Origin: Octopus sinensis
Lineage: Eukaryota
Assembly: GCF_006345805.1 (NCBI RefSeq)
Contig: NC_043014.1
Span: forward strand, 48,918,001-48,982,000
Length of the DNA: 64,000 nucleotides
Direction: 5' to 3'
The position numbers and the translations under genes are program-made. Shown piece after piece: positions 12,757-26,277 of the stretch (position 1 is the first letter of the stretch; each line of letters opens with the position of its first letter). The notes beneath the pieces were generated by a model, which was not told the DNA's origin, searched no databases, and was given only the letters and a program-made list of their open reading frames with translations.

Positions 12757-13672
12757 AAACTCTCAAACATTGTGAGCTGTGTCCAATATCTTTGTTTTGA
12801 TATTGAGACCTGCAAACAGGACTTGCCCTGATTTGAACAAAAGTTGGTCTGGCTAAAATTTAATCAATACATGCACCCAAAATAATATTAGATTAAAATA
12901 GTTATTGCTTCAATTCTAACTTGACCATCTTTCACACAAACCACTGAATGTTGATTTGGGCTTAACTCAAAATGATGAGGTGTGCTCTTCATTGAGGTCA
13001 ACAAATAAAGTCGACAGGATAATCATATAGACTCATAGAGCCAGTTTCCCAGTTTCTGTGGCCCATATATTGCCCCCTAGATGGGACACAGGGCCATCAC
13101 AGGATTTTTGCCAGCTGAGTGGACTGGAGTAAAATGAAGTGATGTGTTTTGCTCAAGAACACAACATATTCCTCGGTCCAGGAATCGAAACCACAATCTT
13201 GTGATCGTGAATGAAATATATTAAACCGTGTGCTTCCAGGTTGAAACACTGTCATTTGACTGTCTGACAATGGCATTCTGAGCAATCTCTGTGTTTTTAG
13301 ACTTGCAAAATAGCTTTGAGAAATATCTCTGAGACGAAATACACAGATACTGCTATTTCACATTTGTGTATACATTATAAATGTCAGACACACAGACACA
13401 TATACACACACACACACATACGACCAGCTGAGGAAGTACTTAAGACCACAAAAACCAATTTAAGAATCACAAACATCTTAGAGTATAGAAATCTTATTGC
13501 ACAGATTATGAAGGACATACAATAGGTTTTCAACTGGAGTTTTAGATAGATAGATAGATAGATAGAAAGAAAAGTTAATATAAATAAATGGATATGCATA
13601 TATACATATATATTGTATATATATATATGCATATATAATATATATGCATATATATATACATACATACATATA

Positions 13673-13718
<46 letters not shown>

Positions 13719-15540
13719 TATATATATTTGTATATATATATGTATATATATATGTATGTATACATGTATGTACATATATATATGTGTGTGTGTGTGTGTG
13801 TATGTATATATATATATATACACACACACACATACATATTTACATATATGTGTGTATATGTATGCATTTATGTATGTTTATACGAAGAAAGAATGAGAGA
13901 CAGGGAGAAAGTGAGAGTGTGTGTTTGTGTGTGTGTATGTTTGTGTGTGTGCATGTGTGTGTTGTGTGTGTGTTGTGTGTGCATGTGTCTCGACAGCAAC
14001 ATATCTTACCCAACCAATTTGCAAATATGCGACACTCCATCATCTGTAAGCCATCAAATATAACTTAAAGAGGCATCTAAAAAATATCCCAGATTTTCTG
14101 AGACAACTGGGTTAACTTAAAAAACTCTTTTATACCAAATTGGTTGAGGAGATACTTGCCAAATTCTTGTAACCAATATTTTTCCTGTTTTATGTTTGTT
14201 TATTTTTTTGTGTGTGTAAGGAAAAAAAACAAAGAGAAAATAAATAAATAAATAAATAAATGCACAGATAAAAAAAATTGAAGAAATACCAGTCAGTATT
14301 TTAACCTATTAGTACAGTACACTGGTAAGGAATGGGGTAATAAGGAAATACATATACACACACACATATATATATATACATGTGCACACACACATAGATA
14401 CATAAACACAAACACACACACACATATATATGTGTAGTATATACTACACAGATATATTATGTAATGTAGATATGTATTTGTATATGTGTATGCCATGGTG
14501 ATGATGTGTGCATGTACAGACACACACACGTGTGTATATATATATATATACATATATATATATACATATATATATATATACACACACATCTTCCTCCTTT
14601 TATGTGAGATTCCCCCCTCACATTCTAGCATGGGTTGGATAGCTATTACAGCCCATTAGTGATATGCATTCCTGGTTGCAAAACTGTTTGGTGTGGAGTT
14701 AATATGAATCTATTGGTACCAGTTTTTTAAAACTTAAATTACCTTAAAGCAATTATATATATATATGTATATATATACATACATATACACATACATGTAC
14801 ACATACATATATACATATATCATCATCATCATCATCATCATCATTTAACGTCCGTTTTCCGCGCTAGCACAGGTTGGACGGTTCGACCAGGGTCAGGGAA
14901 GCCAGGGGCTGCACCAGGCTCCAGTCTTATCTGGCAATGTTTCTACAGCTTGATGCCCTTCTTAACGCCAACCACTCCGCGAGTGTAGTAGGTGCTTTTT
15001 ACGTGCCAGGGGAATCTGGCTTCGGCCAAGATCGGTTGGTGCTTTTAACGTGCCACCGGCACGGAAGCCAGTCGAGGCGGCGCTGGCAACGGCCACGTTC
15101 GGATGGTGCTTTTTATATGCTACCAGTACAGGTATCATAACTACTATTTCCATTGATATTTATTTTGATGTTCATGGTCGTGTACTTGACTCAACAGGTC
15201 TCCTCCTCAAGCACAGCGGGATGTTCTGGACTCCAAGGTACTTTGAATGGGCAGGGGCTATGTGGAACTGGTGCAGGAAGCAGCCCGGGTCTTTGCAGTC
15301 ACAGCACATCTCCAGAGATCTCGGTCCTTATGCATCCATATATACATACATACATACACACACACACACATATATATATATACATACATATATATATATA
15401 CATATATGTATATACATATACATACATATATACGTGAAGTAAAATCATGTAGCAACACCAAATGGAGGTGCCCCAGCATGGCCACAGCTCGTGAGCTGAA
15501 ACTAGATAAAATAAAATAAAAAAAATTTTTTTAAATATAG

Positions 15541-15632
<92 letters not shown>

Positions 15633-15875
15633 GTATGAATATATATTTAGTTTCAGATGAATATGGTACATAAGTTGAGGCACCAGAATTTAGAAATTAG
15701 TATCATCCATACAATTTCAAAGTAAGGTGATTAAAATCAAAATAAGCAACAAGGATATCCAGAGGTAATGCAGTACAATCGTTTCATGCAACTCCATTTA
15801 ATTGAACAATGCAATCATTACATCAATTTAAAATTTGTACTGCATTACCTCTAGATATCCTTGTTGCTTATTTTG

Positions 15876-15918
<43 letters not shown>

Positions 15919-16049
15919 TAAATAGATAAATATATATATATATATATATATAGGCATGTTTGAGTGTGAGTGTATGCATGTGTCTATGAATCTGTGAGTG
16001 AGGTGAAATAAACTTCGGAAACCTCATAGAAACTTCAGGAGCTGCACAA

Positions 16050-16860
16050 AGATCTTGCAAGGTGTTCTAAATCTATCTCAATGTTGGAAACCCCTCTCTA
16101 TCATCAGCAGTTATTTCAGGGTCACAAGCGTTTCGCCCTTTAACCCATATGCTTTGCCTGAGTGGGGTAGTGATGACTGAACTAGTCTTCACTGGCAGAA
16201 GAGTTCCACTAGCAGTGCCTCATTAAGCATGGCCACCTTGCCCTTGTTTTAGCTGCTCTGCCTATCTCTTTGATGGCTTTTTCTCAGTTGTCTGCATTCC
16301 AGATCTATCTTCTGTAGGAAATGATGCTCTGATCCAGTTAGAACGCCACAGCAGTCAACTTCAATGGTGAACAAGGCCACGTGTCATCTTTTGACCAAGG
16401 TTTTGTTAACTAAGCTCTGATATTTGTTTCTTTTTTGTTTTTTTACCTGGTGGAAAATATTGAATCTGTTCTCTTAGGGTGCTGTGTTCAACTGCAATGA
16501 TTGGTTGGAATGTGTCTGATCAGAGTGATGTTACCACTATCTCCTCTGGGAAGACAAATCTGCCCTTCAGGCAAATCTGCCCCGTGGTCTGAGGCTGAAA
16601 ACGAAACAGAAAATGGGACCCCCCTGACTTTGCTTTCATTGTGAGGGCTTTGTCACCTTCCTTTAGGAATTCGATACATTTTAGTGGTGGTGGTGGTGGT
16701 GGTGGTGGTGGTGGTCTGTAAAAAACATAAATCCAAAAGAAGAAGCACACTCTAAGATATGGAGCAGTATATATTAAAAATGAGGAAGGCTGGTCTATGG
16801 GATTGCCTCGAGGTTTTGGGCCAACAGGTTTTGTGATCTGATGATATGCCATAAAGCTAA
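16050..16860 (-). mobile_element. Degenerate RLE-type (HERO/NeSL-like) non-LTR retrotransposon 3' fragment
   Basis: Hand translation gives IEFLKEG..FVFPEEIVVTSL*SD..FTIEVDCCG..KAIKEIGRAAKTRARW, resembling the HERO restriction-like endonuclease C-terminus. Contains stops and frameshifts. Confidence 0.6.
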
Positions 16861-17198
16861 ATCCGTTTTAACGAGAAACCTAAGGTAATCCCATAGACCA
16901 ACATGTGTATATGTGTGTGTGTGTGTGTGTGTGGATAAAGCTAATAATATAGCATAAACATGATAAACCATCCATATTTTGCAGAAGAATTTGTCGTTGG
17001 GGCAGTTTAGCTTAATGATAAAGCACTTGATGCGTAATCAAAGAGATGTGAGTTCTAGTTTCATGGCTGACCACTGATAGACTTTTCTGCTATATAAGGA
17101 TGCTATATTATTAGCATTATCCTGCGTTTGAGAATAAATTATATATATATATATATATATATGTACTTACATAAGGCCAAAGAAGGTACGGACGCTGC

Positions 17199-17710
17199 TA
17201 TATATATTATATGTAGAAAAATACAAACTGGGACAAGAACGTAAAACATTTAGAAGACGATACAAAAAACACGGACGGAACATTCAAAGCCTTCAATCTT
17301 CAGTCAAGAACCGGATCATCCTAGCAATTTTGGCTGATTAATCTTGAGATTGCTCCGATCTGGCCAGCCCCAAAGGAAAATCTAAATAATATTATTATTA
17401 TTAGTATTATTATCATTATTGTTTTTATGTATTTTTGTATTTTTATTCATGTAACATCGTCCGGTTTTCCGTCCTTGTTTTGTATACATTCGAGGCTTTC
17501 TTCCAAGGAATCTAATGCGCTTGGCTTAGATTTTCCTTTGGGGCTGGCCAGATTGGAGCAATCTCAAGATTAATCAGCCGAAATTGCTAGGATGATCCAG
17601 TTCTTGACTGAAGATTGAAGGCTTCGAATGTCCCGTCCATGTTTTTTGTATCGTCTTCTAAATGTTTTACGTTCTTGTCCCAGTTTGTATTTTTCTACAT
17701 ATAATATATA
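17199..17710. repeat. Inverted repeat, ~185-bp arms with ~140-bp spacer, in (TA)n
   Basis: 17199-17385 is the reverse complement of 17526-17710 with few mismatches. Confidence 0.9.
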
Positions 17711-17744
17711 TATATGTATATGTATATATATGTATATATATATG

Positions 17745-17846
<102 letters not shown>

Positions 17847-17901
17847 TATGTGTGTGTGTATGTATATATATATCTATATATGTATATATATATGTGTATA
17901 C

Positions 17902-17938
<37 letters not shown>

Positions 17939-18401
17939 ATGTATATATAATATATATATGTATATATATATATATATATACACATATTTAGTTGAAATTT
18001 ATAGAAAAACAAAAGGTGAAGACTGGTGTATAAATAACACTTGGGAAAATGAAAATGTCTTTTACATTTCGAGCTTATGCTCTTCAACAGAAAGAAATAA
18101 GAGAAAATAAACAGAGTGAGAATGAAAAAAAAAAATTGTAGATTTTAGCAGTCCAGCATGGGAAATGATATATATACATATATACACATGTACATATACT
18201 ACATGCATACAGAAGAGGTCGCAGATGTGTGACGAAAGATTTCCAGACAATGAACATAAGATAAAATAAGAAGAATAAAGAAGTGATGAACAAATATATG
18301 GTGCATGTGTATATCTGGAAAAAACCCAAAAATGACCATCCCAAAATATAACAAGATCTGTTTCAATACATGGTTTCACATGAGGAATCTTACAAAACAA
18401 A

Positions 18402-18433
<32 letters not shown>

Positions 18434-19592
18434 CGTACACCCACCCACACACACACAAGTGAGTGGACAAACAAAAGGAAATGGCACTCAAATGTTTATT
18501 CTTTTACTTTTACTTATTTCAGTCATGTGACTGTGGCCCTGCTGGAGCACCACCTTTTGTTGAACAAATCGACCCCTGGACTTATTCTTCGTAAGTCTGA
18601 TATTTATTCTATTGGTCTCTTTTGCCAAAGCGGTAAGTTATGGGGATGTGAACACACCAACATCGGCTGTCAACTGATGGTGGAGGGACAAACACAAATA
18701 TGTATATATATGTATAAAGTTAATCCAAACATGAAAACACAAAGAGAAAACACAACAACGCGAGGATGTGGAACAAATATAGTATTATTGGACGCTAAGG
18801 AAGGAAGGGAAGAAGGAGGGTTTTACGTTTCGGGCGGAGCTCTTTGTCAGAAACATAGGAAAAGGAAAGATCCAGAGAAGGGAAGATGGAGGAAAGAAAA
18901 TCGCCAACGGTACTCACGCGGTCACATAAATATATATATACGATGGGCTTCTTTCAGTTTCTGTTTACCAAATCCACTCACAAACCTTTGGTTGGCCCAA
19001 GGTTACAGTAGAAGACACTTGCCCAAGACACTTGTCATGCAGTGGGACTGAACCCTGAACCATGTAGTTGGGAAGCAAGCTTCTTGCCACACAGCTACAC
19101 TCAGTAAGAAATATATTTTTTTAATAACTCCTTGATTTGGTTCCATATGTCATTTAAAGCTTTGTGGGTGTATAGGATGAAACCATCCCATCAGCTGCAG
19201 GCACATCTTCCGATATTTGATGAGACAGGTTCGTCCTCCGCATCCGCAAATCTTTAAGTCATGTGCAGCTGAGTCAAACGGTTATTAAAATATTTGATTA
19301 CACACACACACACACATTTATGTAATGTGTGTATATATATATGTATGTATATGTATAAGTATATATATATATATATATATACAGATACACATACACACAC
19401 ACACATTTATTTATTTATGTGTGTGCATGTATGTATATATATATTATATATATATATATGTATGTATATATATATATATATATACGCACACACACACATA
19501 TATATACACACACACATATATATGTACATATATATATATATATACATACATATATATATATATACATATATACATATATACATATATTTATA

Positions 19593-19637
<45 letters not shown>

Positions 19638-19954
19638 CATGCACACACACACATGAAGATACAGATAGCTACCAAGCTAGCTAGATAGATAGGTATACAT
19701 ATGATACTTGTTTCAGTCATGCTGGAGCACTGCCTTGAAGAGTTTAGGTTGAACGAGACAACCTCTGTACATACTTTTAATCACTGGTACTTATTCCATC
19801 AGTTTCTATTGCCAATCCACAAAGTTAAATGGATGTAATTAAACCAACACTGGTTATGTTGTCAGGTGGTGTGTGAGAGACACTCACTGTACAAACACAC
19901 ACACACACATCTGTCTATCTATCTATTTATCTATCTATCTGTACATATGTATGT

Positions 19955-19998
<44 letters not shown>

Positions 19999-20141
19999 AA
20001 ATGGATAAATGAATTATCTTGTTACGGATTATTCAAATTATAACCGATACCTGGGTAGCAAAAATCACAACAGAAAAATCACGGTTGAGGTTACGACCAT
20101 GGGGTATCGCAACCGTGCCTTAGTGCGGATAATTGAAGTTT

Positions 20142-20518
20142 TATATATTTAGTGAGGGAAGAAATGGAGCTGAACGAAGATTTTACAAAATTCCTTTTTA
20201 TTATTTTCTACACATGTTTCAAAGGCTGCAAATTCCCTAATTCGGATTGAATAAGGAGACCATTTTGCAGCTTTCTCTTCAGGAAAATCCAGGAATTTAA
20301 ATCTCCAAAACAAATGCGCAGCAAGTTTGAAAAGCTTGCTGCGCATTTGTTTTGGAGATTTAAATTCCTGGATTTTCCTGAAGAGAAAGCTGCAAAATGG
20401 TCTCCTTATTCAATCCGAATTAGGGAAATTGCAGCCTTTGAAACATGTGTAGAAAATAATAAAAAGGAATTTTGTAAAATCTTCGTTCAGCTCCATTTCT
20501 TCCCTCACTAAATATATA
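20142..20518. repeat. Near-perfect palindrome, ~187-bp arms
   Basis: The arms are reverse complements with about 2 mismatches around a 3-nt loop centred at 20330. Confidence 0.95.
20372..20457 (+). ncRNA. Type I hammerhead ribozyme motif (mirror copy at 20203-20288 on minus strand)
   Basis: ATTTTC-CTGAAGA-GAAAGCTGCAA...TTGCAGCCTTT-GAAA-CATGTG-TA-GAAAAT: 6-bp stem I, long stem II, short stem III. Confidence 0.7.
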
Positions 20519-20779
20519 TATATATATATATTTCTTTATTGCTCACAAGGGGCTAAACATACAGGGGACAAACAAGGGCAGACAAAGGGATTAAGTCGAT
20601 TACATCGACCCCAGTGCGAAACTGGTACTTTATTTATCAACCCCGAAAGGATGAAAGGCAAAGTCATATATATATACATACACACATAAGAAGCTTCTGT
20701 ACAATTTCCATCTACCAAATTCACTCACAAGGCAGAGGCCCAGGTCCCATGCAGTGGGAATGACTGCGAACTTGTTGAG

Positions 20780-21015
20780 GTAGCGAGCTGGCGAAGACAG
20801 TGAGCTGGCAGAAACATTAGCACACAGGGCAAAATGCTTAGTGGTGTTTCGTCTGTCTTTACGTTCTGAGTTCAAATTCCACCGAGGTCAACTCTGCCTT
20901 TCATCCTTTAGGAGTCGATAAATTAAGTACCAGTTGTGTACTGGGATCGATCTAATTGACTAGCCACCTCCTCCTCCACAAAAATTTCGGGCCTTGTGCC
21001 TAGAGTTGAAAACAA
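20780..21015 (+). mobile_element. SINE with Meta-domain-like motif GCCTTTCATCCTT..GGTCGATAAATTAAGTACC (other copies ~670-800+, 3890-4090-, 55400-55600-, cluster 63000-63960-)
   Basis: tRNA-like head GAGCTGGCAGAAAC..GAGTTCAAATTCC plus a conserved central motif repeated many times in the window. Confidence 0.7.
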
Positions 21016-21059
21016 TGTGAACCTGTGGGATTCTAAAGCAAGTTTCTTAACCACACAGA

Positions 21060-21096
<37 letters not shown>

Positions 21097-22104
21097 CTGT
21101 GTGCATGTGTGTGTGCGTGTATGTATATGTGTGTGTGTCTGTGTGCATGTGTGTACGTGTGTGGGTAATGCCTGTATACATGTGTTTGTGTATGTATGTT
21201 TTGTTTATCTTTTATTCTTTTACTTGTTTCAGTCATTAGACTGTGGCCATGCTGGGGCCCCACCTTGAAGAGATTTTAGTCAAATGAATCAACGCCAGTC
21301 CTTTTTTTTTTTAAGCCAAACCATTAAGTTACGGGGATGTAAACACATCAACACTGTTTCTCAAGTGGTAGAAGGGGACAAACACAGATACAAAGACACA
21401 CACACACACACATAAATATATATGATATATATACACAGATCATTGCTGCAATGTAAAAGTGTTGTAAGTCTAAAACATTGCATTTTGAGAAAATGAAAAA
21501 ATAGTTTCACCATTCCATAGCAAAACCGTTGTACTACACTTTGACAACTTTTCATATCTTGGCATCTGAAGCAACTGGAGATACGATAGTTTGACCAAAA
21601 GAACCGGCTATTGCAAGCAAATATAAATATTGAAAAAAAAACGCCAAATTTGGACATATGACAGTTTAACATAACTACAACTATATATATATAAATATAT
21701 AGTTATATATAGTTACATTGATATATATATATATATATATCAGACTGGGCCTGGTGCAGCCTTCTGGCTTCCTAGACCCCAGTTGAACCGTCCAACCCAT
21801 GCTAGCATGGAAAGTGGACGCTAAACGAAGATATGACGGGCTTCTTTCAGTTTCCATCTACCAGATCCACTTACAAGGCTTTCGTCAGACACTTGCCCAA
21901 GATTCTACAAAGTGGGACTGAACCCAGAACCATGTGGTTGGGACGCAAATTTCTCACTACCTGGCCAAGTGTGCACCGACGTGGTGTGTGTGTGTATTAT
22001 ATGCATTTGTGTTCATGACTGTATGTGTTTGTGTATCTGCATGTGTGAGTGCAGGTGTTTGTAAGCATGTGTATGAATATGTGTGTGTGTGTGTGTGTGT
22101 ATAA

Positions 22105-22138
<34 letters not shown>

Positions 22139-23255
22139 GTATATATGTATGTATGTATGTTTGTATGTATGTATATGTATATGTGTTTGTGTCCATGAAT
22201 GTATCTGTCATTGCATATATTTCTTCAAAGTAACATGCATAAAAAGTACTTGTCTAACCATGACTCTCACCTATGAAACACACAAAGTAAGAAATATTTA
22301 AAAAAGAAAAGAATAAGGCTTAAGATAGGGCCAGAAAAACCCCAAAAAGGTAAAAATTCAACTCACCCACTCTTCAGATGACCACTGTATGTATGTATGT
22401 GTGTGTCTGTGTGTATGTATGTGTGTGTGTATGTGAGTGTGGAGTATGGAGGATGAGTGACAAACAGACAGACTGATTGACAGAGAAAGAGAGAGAGAGT
22501 GTGTGTGTGTTTGTGCTTATGTGAGAGAGAGAGAGTGTGTGTGTGTTTGTGCTTATGTGAGAGAGAGAGGGTGTGTGATGGATGTGTGAATTGTCAATGG
22601 CTGGGTCTGTTGTCTTCTGTCAGAGAGAATTCAGGAGAAAGTGGAGTGAGGAAGAAGGAAGTACAGTGATGTTTCGAGGTGGGGGGGGAGAATGGTGGGG
22701 AAAGCAGTTGCATTAGAGGTGGTGGTAATGGTGGTGGTGTTGGTGTTGGTGGTGGTGGGGGTGATTGTGGTGGTGGGGGGGTAGAGGCAGTTGTGGTAGA
22801 AGGGATAATGATGGTGGTGGTTGTGATGGTAGTGGTTGTGGTGGTGGTGGTGGTTGTGATGGTGGTGGCGGTGGTGGTGGTGGTGGTGGTTGTGATGGTG
22901 GCGGTGGTGGTGGTGGTGGTGGTTGTGATGGTGGCGGTGGTGGTAGTTGTGGTGGTGGTGGTGGTGGTGGTGGTGGTTGTGATGGTAGCGGTGGTGGTGG
23001 TGGTGGTTGTGATGGTGGTTGTGATGGTGGTGGTGGTGGTGGTGGCAGAGGCAGTGAGGAGTTAGTCTATCATTGAAGGAGGGAAGGAAGACACATCTTA
23101 TTGCAAATGGCTTTAGATGTGTGTCTGTGTACTTGTGTGTATGTGTGTATGTGTGTATGAGTTTGTGTGTGTGTGTGCATGTGCATGTGTGCACGTGTGC
23201 ATTTATATATATATATATCTCTCTCTCTCTATCTATCTACCTATCTATCTATCTA

Positions 23256-23850
23256 TTGGGTCATCCCATAAATAAAGCAGTTTTTTTAATACTTCTTTTG
23301 TTATTCAAAATTAAGATAAACAGATTTCTTTTTTTAATCTAAAATATACTCTCCTTCATTTTCCCCAATGCTCTTCCATCTATCTGGTAGACTTGCAAGG
23401 CCCCTCTTCCAAAATTCACTTGTCCGTGACAGAAAATACTCCTCCAGTACTGTTCTCACCTTGTCTACAGAATTCATATTTTTGAAGACTGCAGAATAAA
23501 TGATAACCGGATGGGGCAATGTCCAGCGAATATGGTGGGTGGGGCATCGTTTCCCATTCAGACTGCTCCACCCTTTGGAATGTCATCCTTGCTGTATGTG
23601 GCTGAGCATTATCCTGATTGAAGAACACCTTTCATCATGAAACCAAAGATGGTCCGTTTTTCTTCTAGTGCTGACTTAAGCCACTTCAGCTCCTTGCAGC
23701 AGATCTTTTTTGTTATTGTTTGGTTTGCATTTAAAAGTTCAAAGTGGATGTAACCTTCTGTATCTCACCAAACAGATAACAACACCTTACGTGGATGAAA
23801 ACCTTTTTTTAGCCTGGGGGTGATGGTGTATATCCCTTCCCTACCCACTG
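23256..23850 (-). mobile_element. Mariner transposase pseudogene (3' part with TIR)
   Basis: QDNAQPH, HPPYSLDIAPSGYHLF and LPDRWKSIGENEGEYILD*, with frameshifts. The TIR TTGGGTCATCCCATAAATAA follows a TA. Confidence 0.88.
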
Positions 23851-25029
23851 TCTTCAGTGTACTCTTTTACTCTTTTACTTGTTTCAGTCATTTGACTGTG
23901 GCCATGCTGGAGCACCGCCTTTAGTCAACCAAATCGACCCCAGGACATATTCTTTGTAAGCCTAGTACTTATTCTATCGGTCTCTTTTGCCGAACCACTA
24001 AGTTACGGGGACGTAAACACACCAGCATCGGTTGTCAAGCGATGTTGGGGGGACAAACACAGACACACAAACACACATACGTATATATATATATACATAT
24101 ATACGATGGGCTTCATTTCAGTTTCCGTCTACCAAATCCACTCATAGGGCTTTGGTCGGCCCGAGGCTATAGTAGAAGACACTTGCCCAAAGTGCAAAGC
24201 AGTTGGACTGAACCCAAAACCATGTGGTTCGTAAGCAAGCTACTTACCACACAGCCACTCCTACACCTATTGTGTGTGTATTTCCAGTGTTTTAAATCTG
24301 GGTTTTGTTCCCGATAATGAGGGTGGTTGGATCTACTTCAATGCCATAGCAACAGCCCTCACATCATCTCACCATCTTGCCTGGTTTTGAGCACCCTCCC
24401 TTCTCAAGCCAACACTCCCAAACTCCACCTCCACCTGTTCCCACCACGTCTTTGAGGAAAACATGGAAGGGACAGGAAATTCCAACTTGGAATTCCTAGA
24501 ACCACTGTTGACACTGGCTTATGCTTATTGTCTGATCCCCATATACTGCATTAATATTCCTCACACTTTTGGTTGCGTTGTTGCTTTTATTGAACTCATA
24601 AAGCAAAATATGCTCCTTTGTCGCTTCCATTATAGCTTTGAAAAAATAACTGTTAAAATCGAACTGCACTCTTCGAAACTTGCACTAAGAATAAGCACAA
24701 GGTAAAATTACTACCTGCTTTTATAGTAAGTTGATGCAGGTAGTTTATCCCGTCCCCTCATCATCATCATCATCATCACCACCACCATCATTACCATCAT
24801 TATTGTCGTTGTTGTCATTATCATCATCACCATCATCATTATCACCACCACCATCATCACCATCATCATCGTCGTCGTCGTCGTCATCATCATCATCATC
24901 ATCGTCATCAGCGTCATCACCATCATCATCATCATTTGACGTCTGTCTTCCATGCTGGCATGGGTTGGAAGGTTTGACAAGAGCCGACCAGGTAGAAGAC
25001 TACACCAGGCTACTCTGTCTGTTTTGGCA

Positions 25030-25512
25030 GGGTTTTTATGGGGTGGATGCCCTTCCATGTAATAACCACCCCATAAAGTGGACTGAGTGCTTTTTATGTG
25101 GCACCAGCTCAGGTGAGTTCAGTTTCAGCATGGCTTTTTACAGCTGGATGCCCTTCCAAATGCCAACCACTACACAGTGTGGACTGGATGCTTTTTATGT
25201 GGCACCAGCTCAGGTAAGGTCAGTTTTGGCAGGGTTTTTACAGCTGGATGCCCTTCCAAATGCCAACCACTACACAGTGTGGACTGGATGCCTTTTACGT
25301 GGCACCAGCTCAGGTAAGGTCAGTTTTGGCATGGTTGTTTCACAGCTGGATGCTCTTCCAAATGCCAACCACTACACAGTGTGGGCTGGATGCTTTTTAT
25401 GTGGCACCAGCTCAGTTGAGGTCAGTTTTGGCATGGTTTTTTTACAGCTGATGCCCTTCCAAATGCCAACCACTACACAGTGTGGACTGGATGCTTTTTA
25501 TGTGGCACCAGC
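25030..25512 (-). repeat. Tandem ~101-bp repeat (4-5 units) derived from the RTE 3' UTR
   Basis: GGCACCAGC recurs at 25100, 25201, 25301, 25403 and 25504. Confidence 0.9.
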
Positions 25513-25955
25513 ACCATCAGGGTCACCAAATGAATATCTGCAAAACAAAAAAATTAATACAGAGCTCTATATCATGAAGTACAAGGCATACAACACGTGT
25601 GGACCCATGTATAAACGCATGTGGGCCCATGTATAAACTAGAACAGTTTTGCATTTTTCATCTTGCTAATAGAGAAAAACGGGGAAATAAAAAGTGAGGT
25701 TTTCACTATTTTGTTCAGTACCTGTGCACACACACACACGGAATACTCAGCCACTTAGCAGTTTATTGAGTGAGTAGGTCTGTTGATTGAATAACAAGAA
25801 ATAACCATCATTGAAACTGATAGAAACTCATTCACTTTTCATATATGTATCAGTGTGTGTATGTGTGCGTGTATATGTATGCATGTATGTCTATGTGTAT
25901 CTACAGGTATGTATGTATGTATGTATGTGTGTGTGTGCATGCATATATACATGTG

Positions 25956-25986
<31 letters not shown>

Positions 25987-26245
25987 ATGTGTAGAATGAT
26001 AGATAGACAGCCAGTTAGATAATATATACATAACTGTATGCATGTACATATGTATGTACATATACAAGTATGTATGTATGTGCATGTACATATATGTATG
26101 TATGCATGTATATATTTACATATACGTGTATGTATGTATGTATGTATGTATGTATGTATTTATGTATGTATTTATGTATGTATGTGCATGTACATATGTA
26201 TGTACATATACATATATATGTGTATGTATGCATGTATATATGTAC

Positions 26246-26277
<32 letters not shown>

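Noticed and set aside
16095-16145. GAAAC...CTGATGA on the minus strand as a permuted hammerhead
   Set aside because: I could not build convincing stems I-III; it probably belongs to the HERO-like 3' UTR.
20149-20511. Two near-identical 65-aa ORFs on opposite strands
   Set aside because: A by-product of the palindrome; no coding evidence.
25030-25512. Regular repeats resembling a CRISPR array, and the 301-aa ORF over them
   Set aside because: The units are wholly repeated with no unique spacers, derive from a LINE UTR, and sit in a eukaryotic context with no cas genes.
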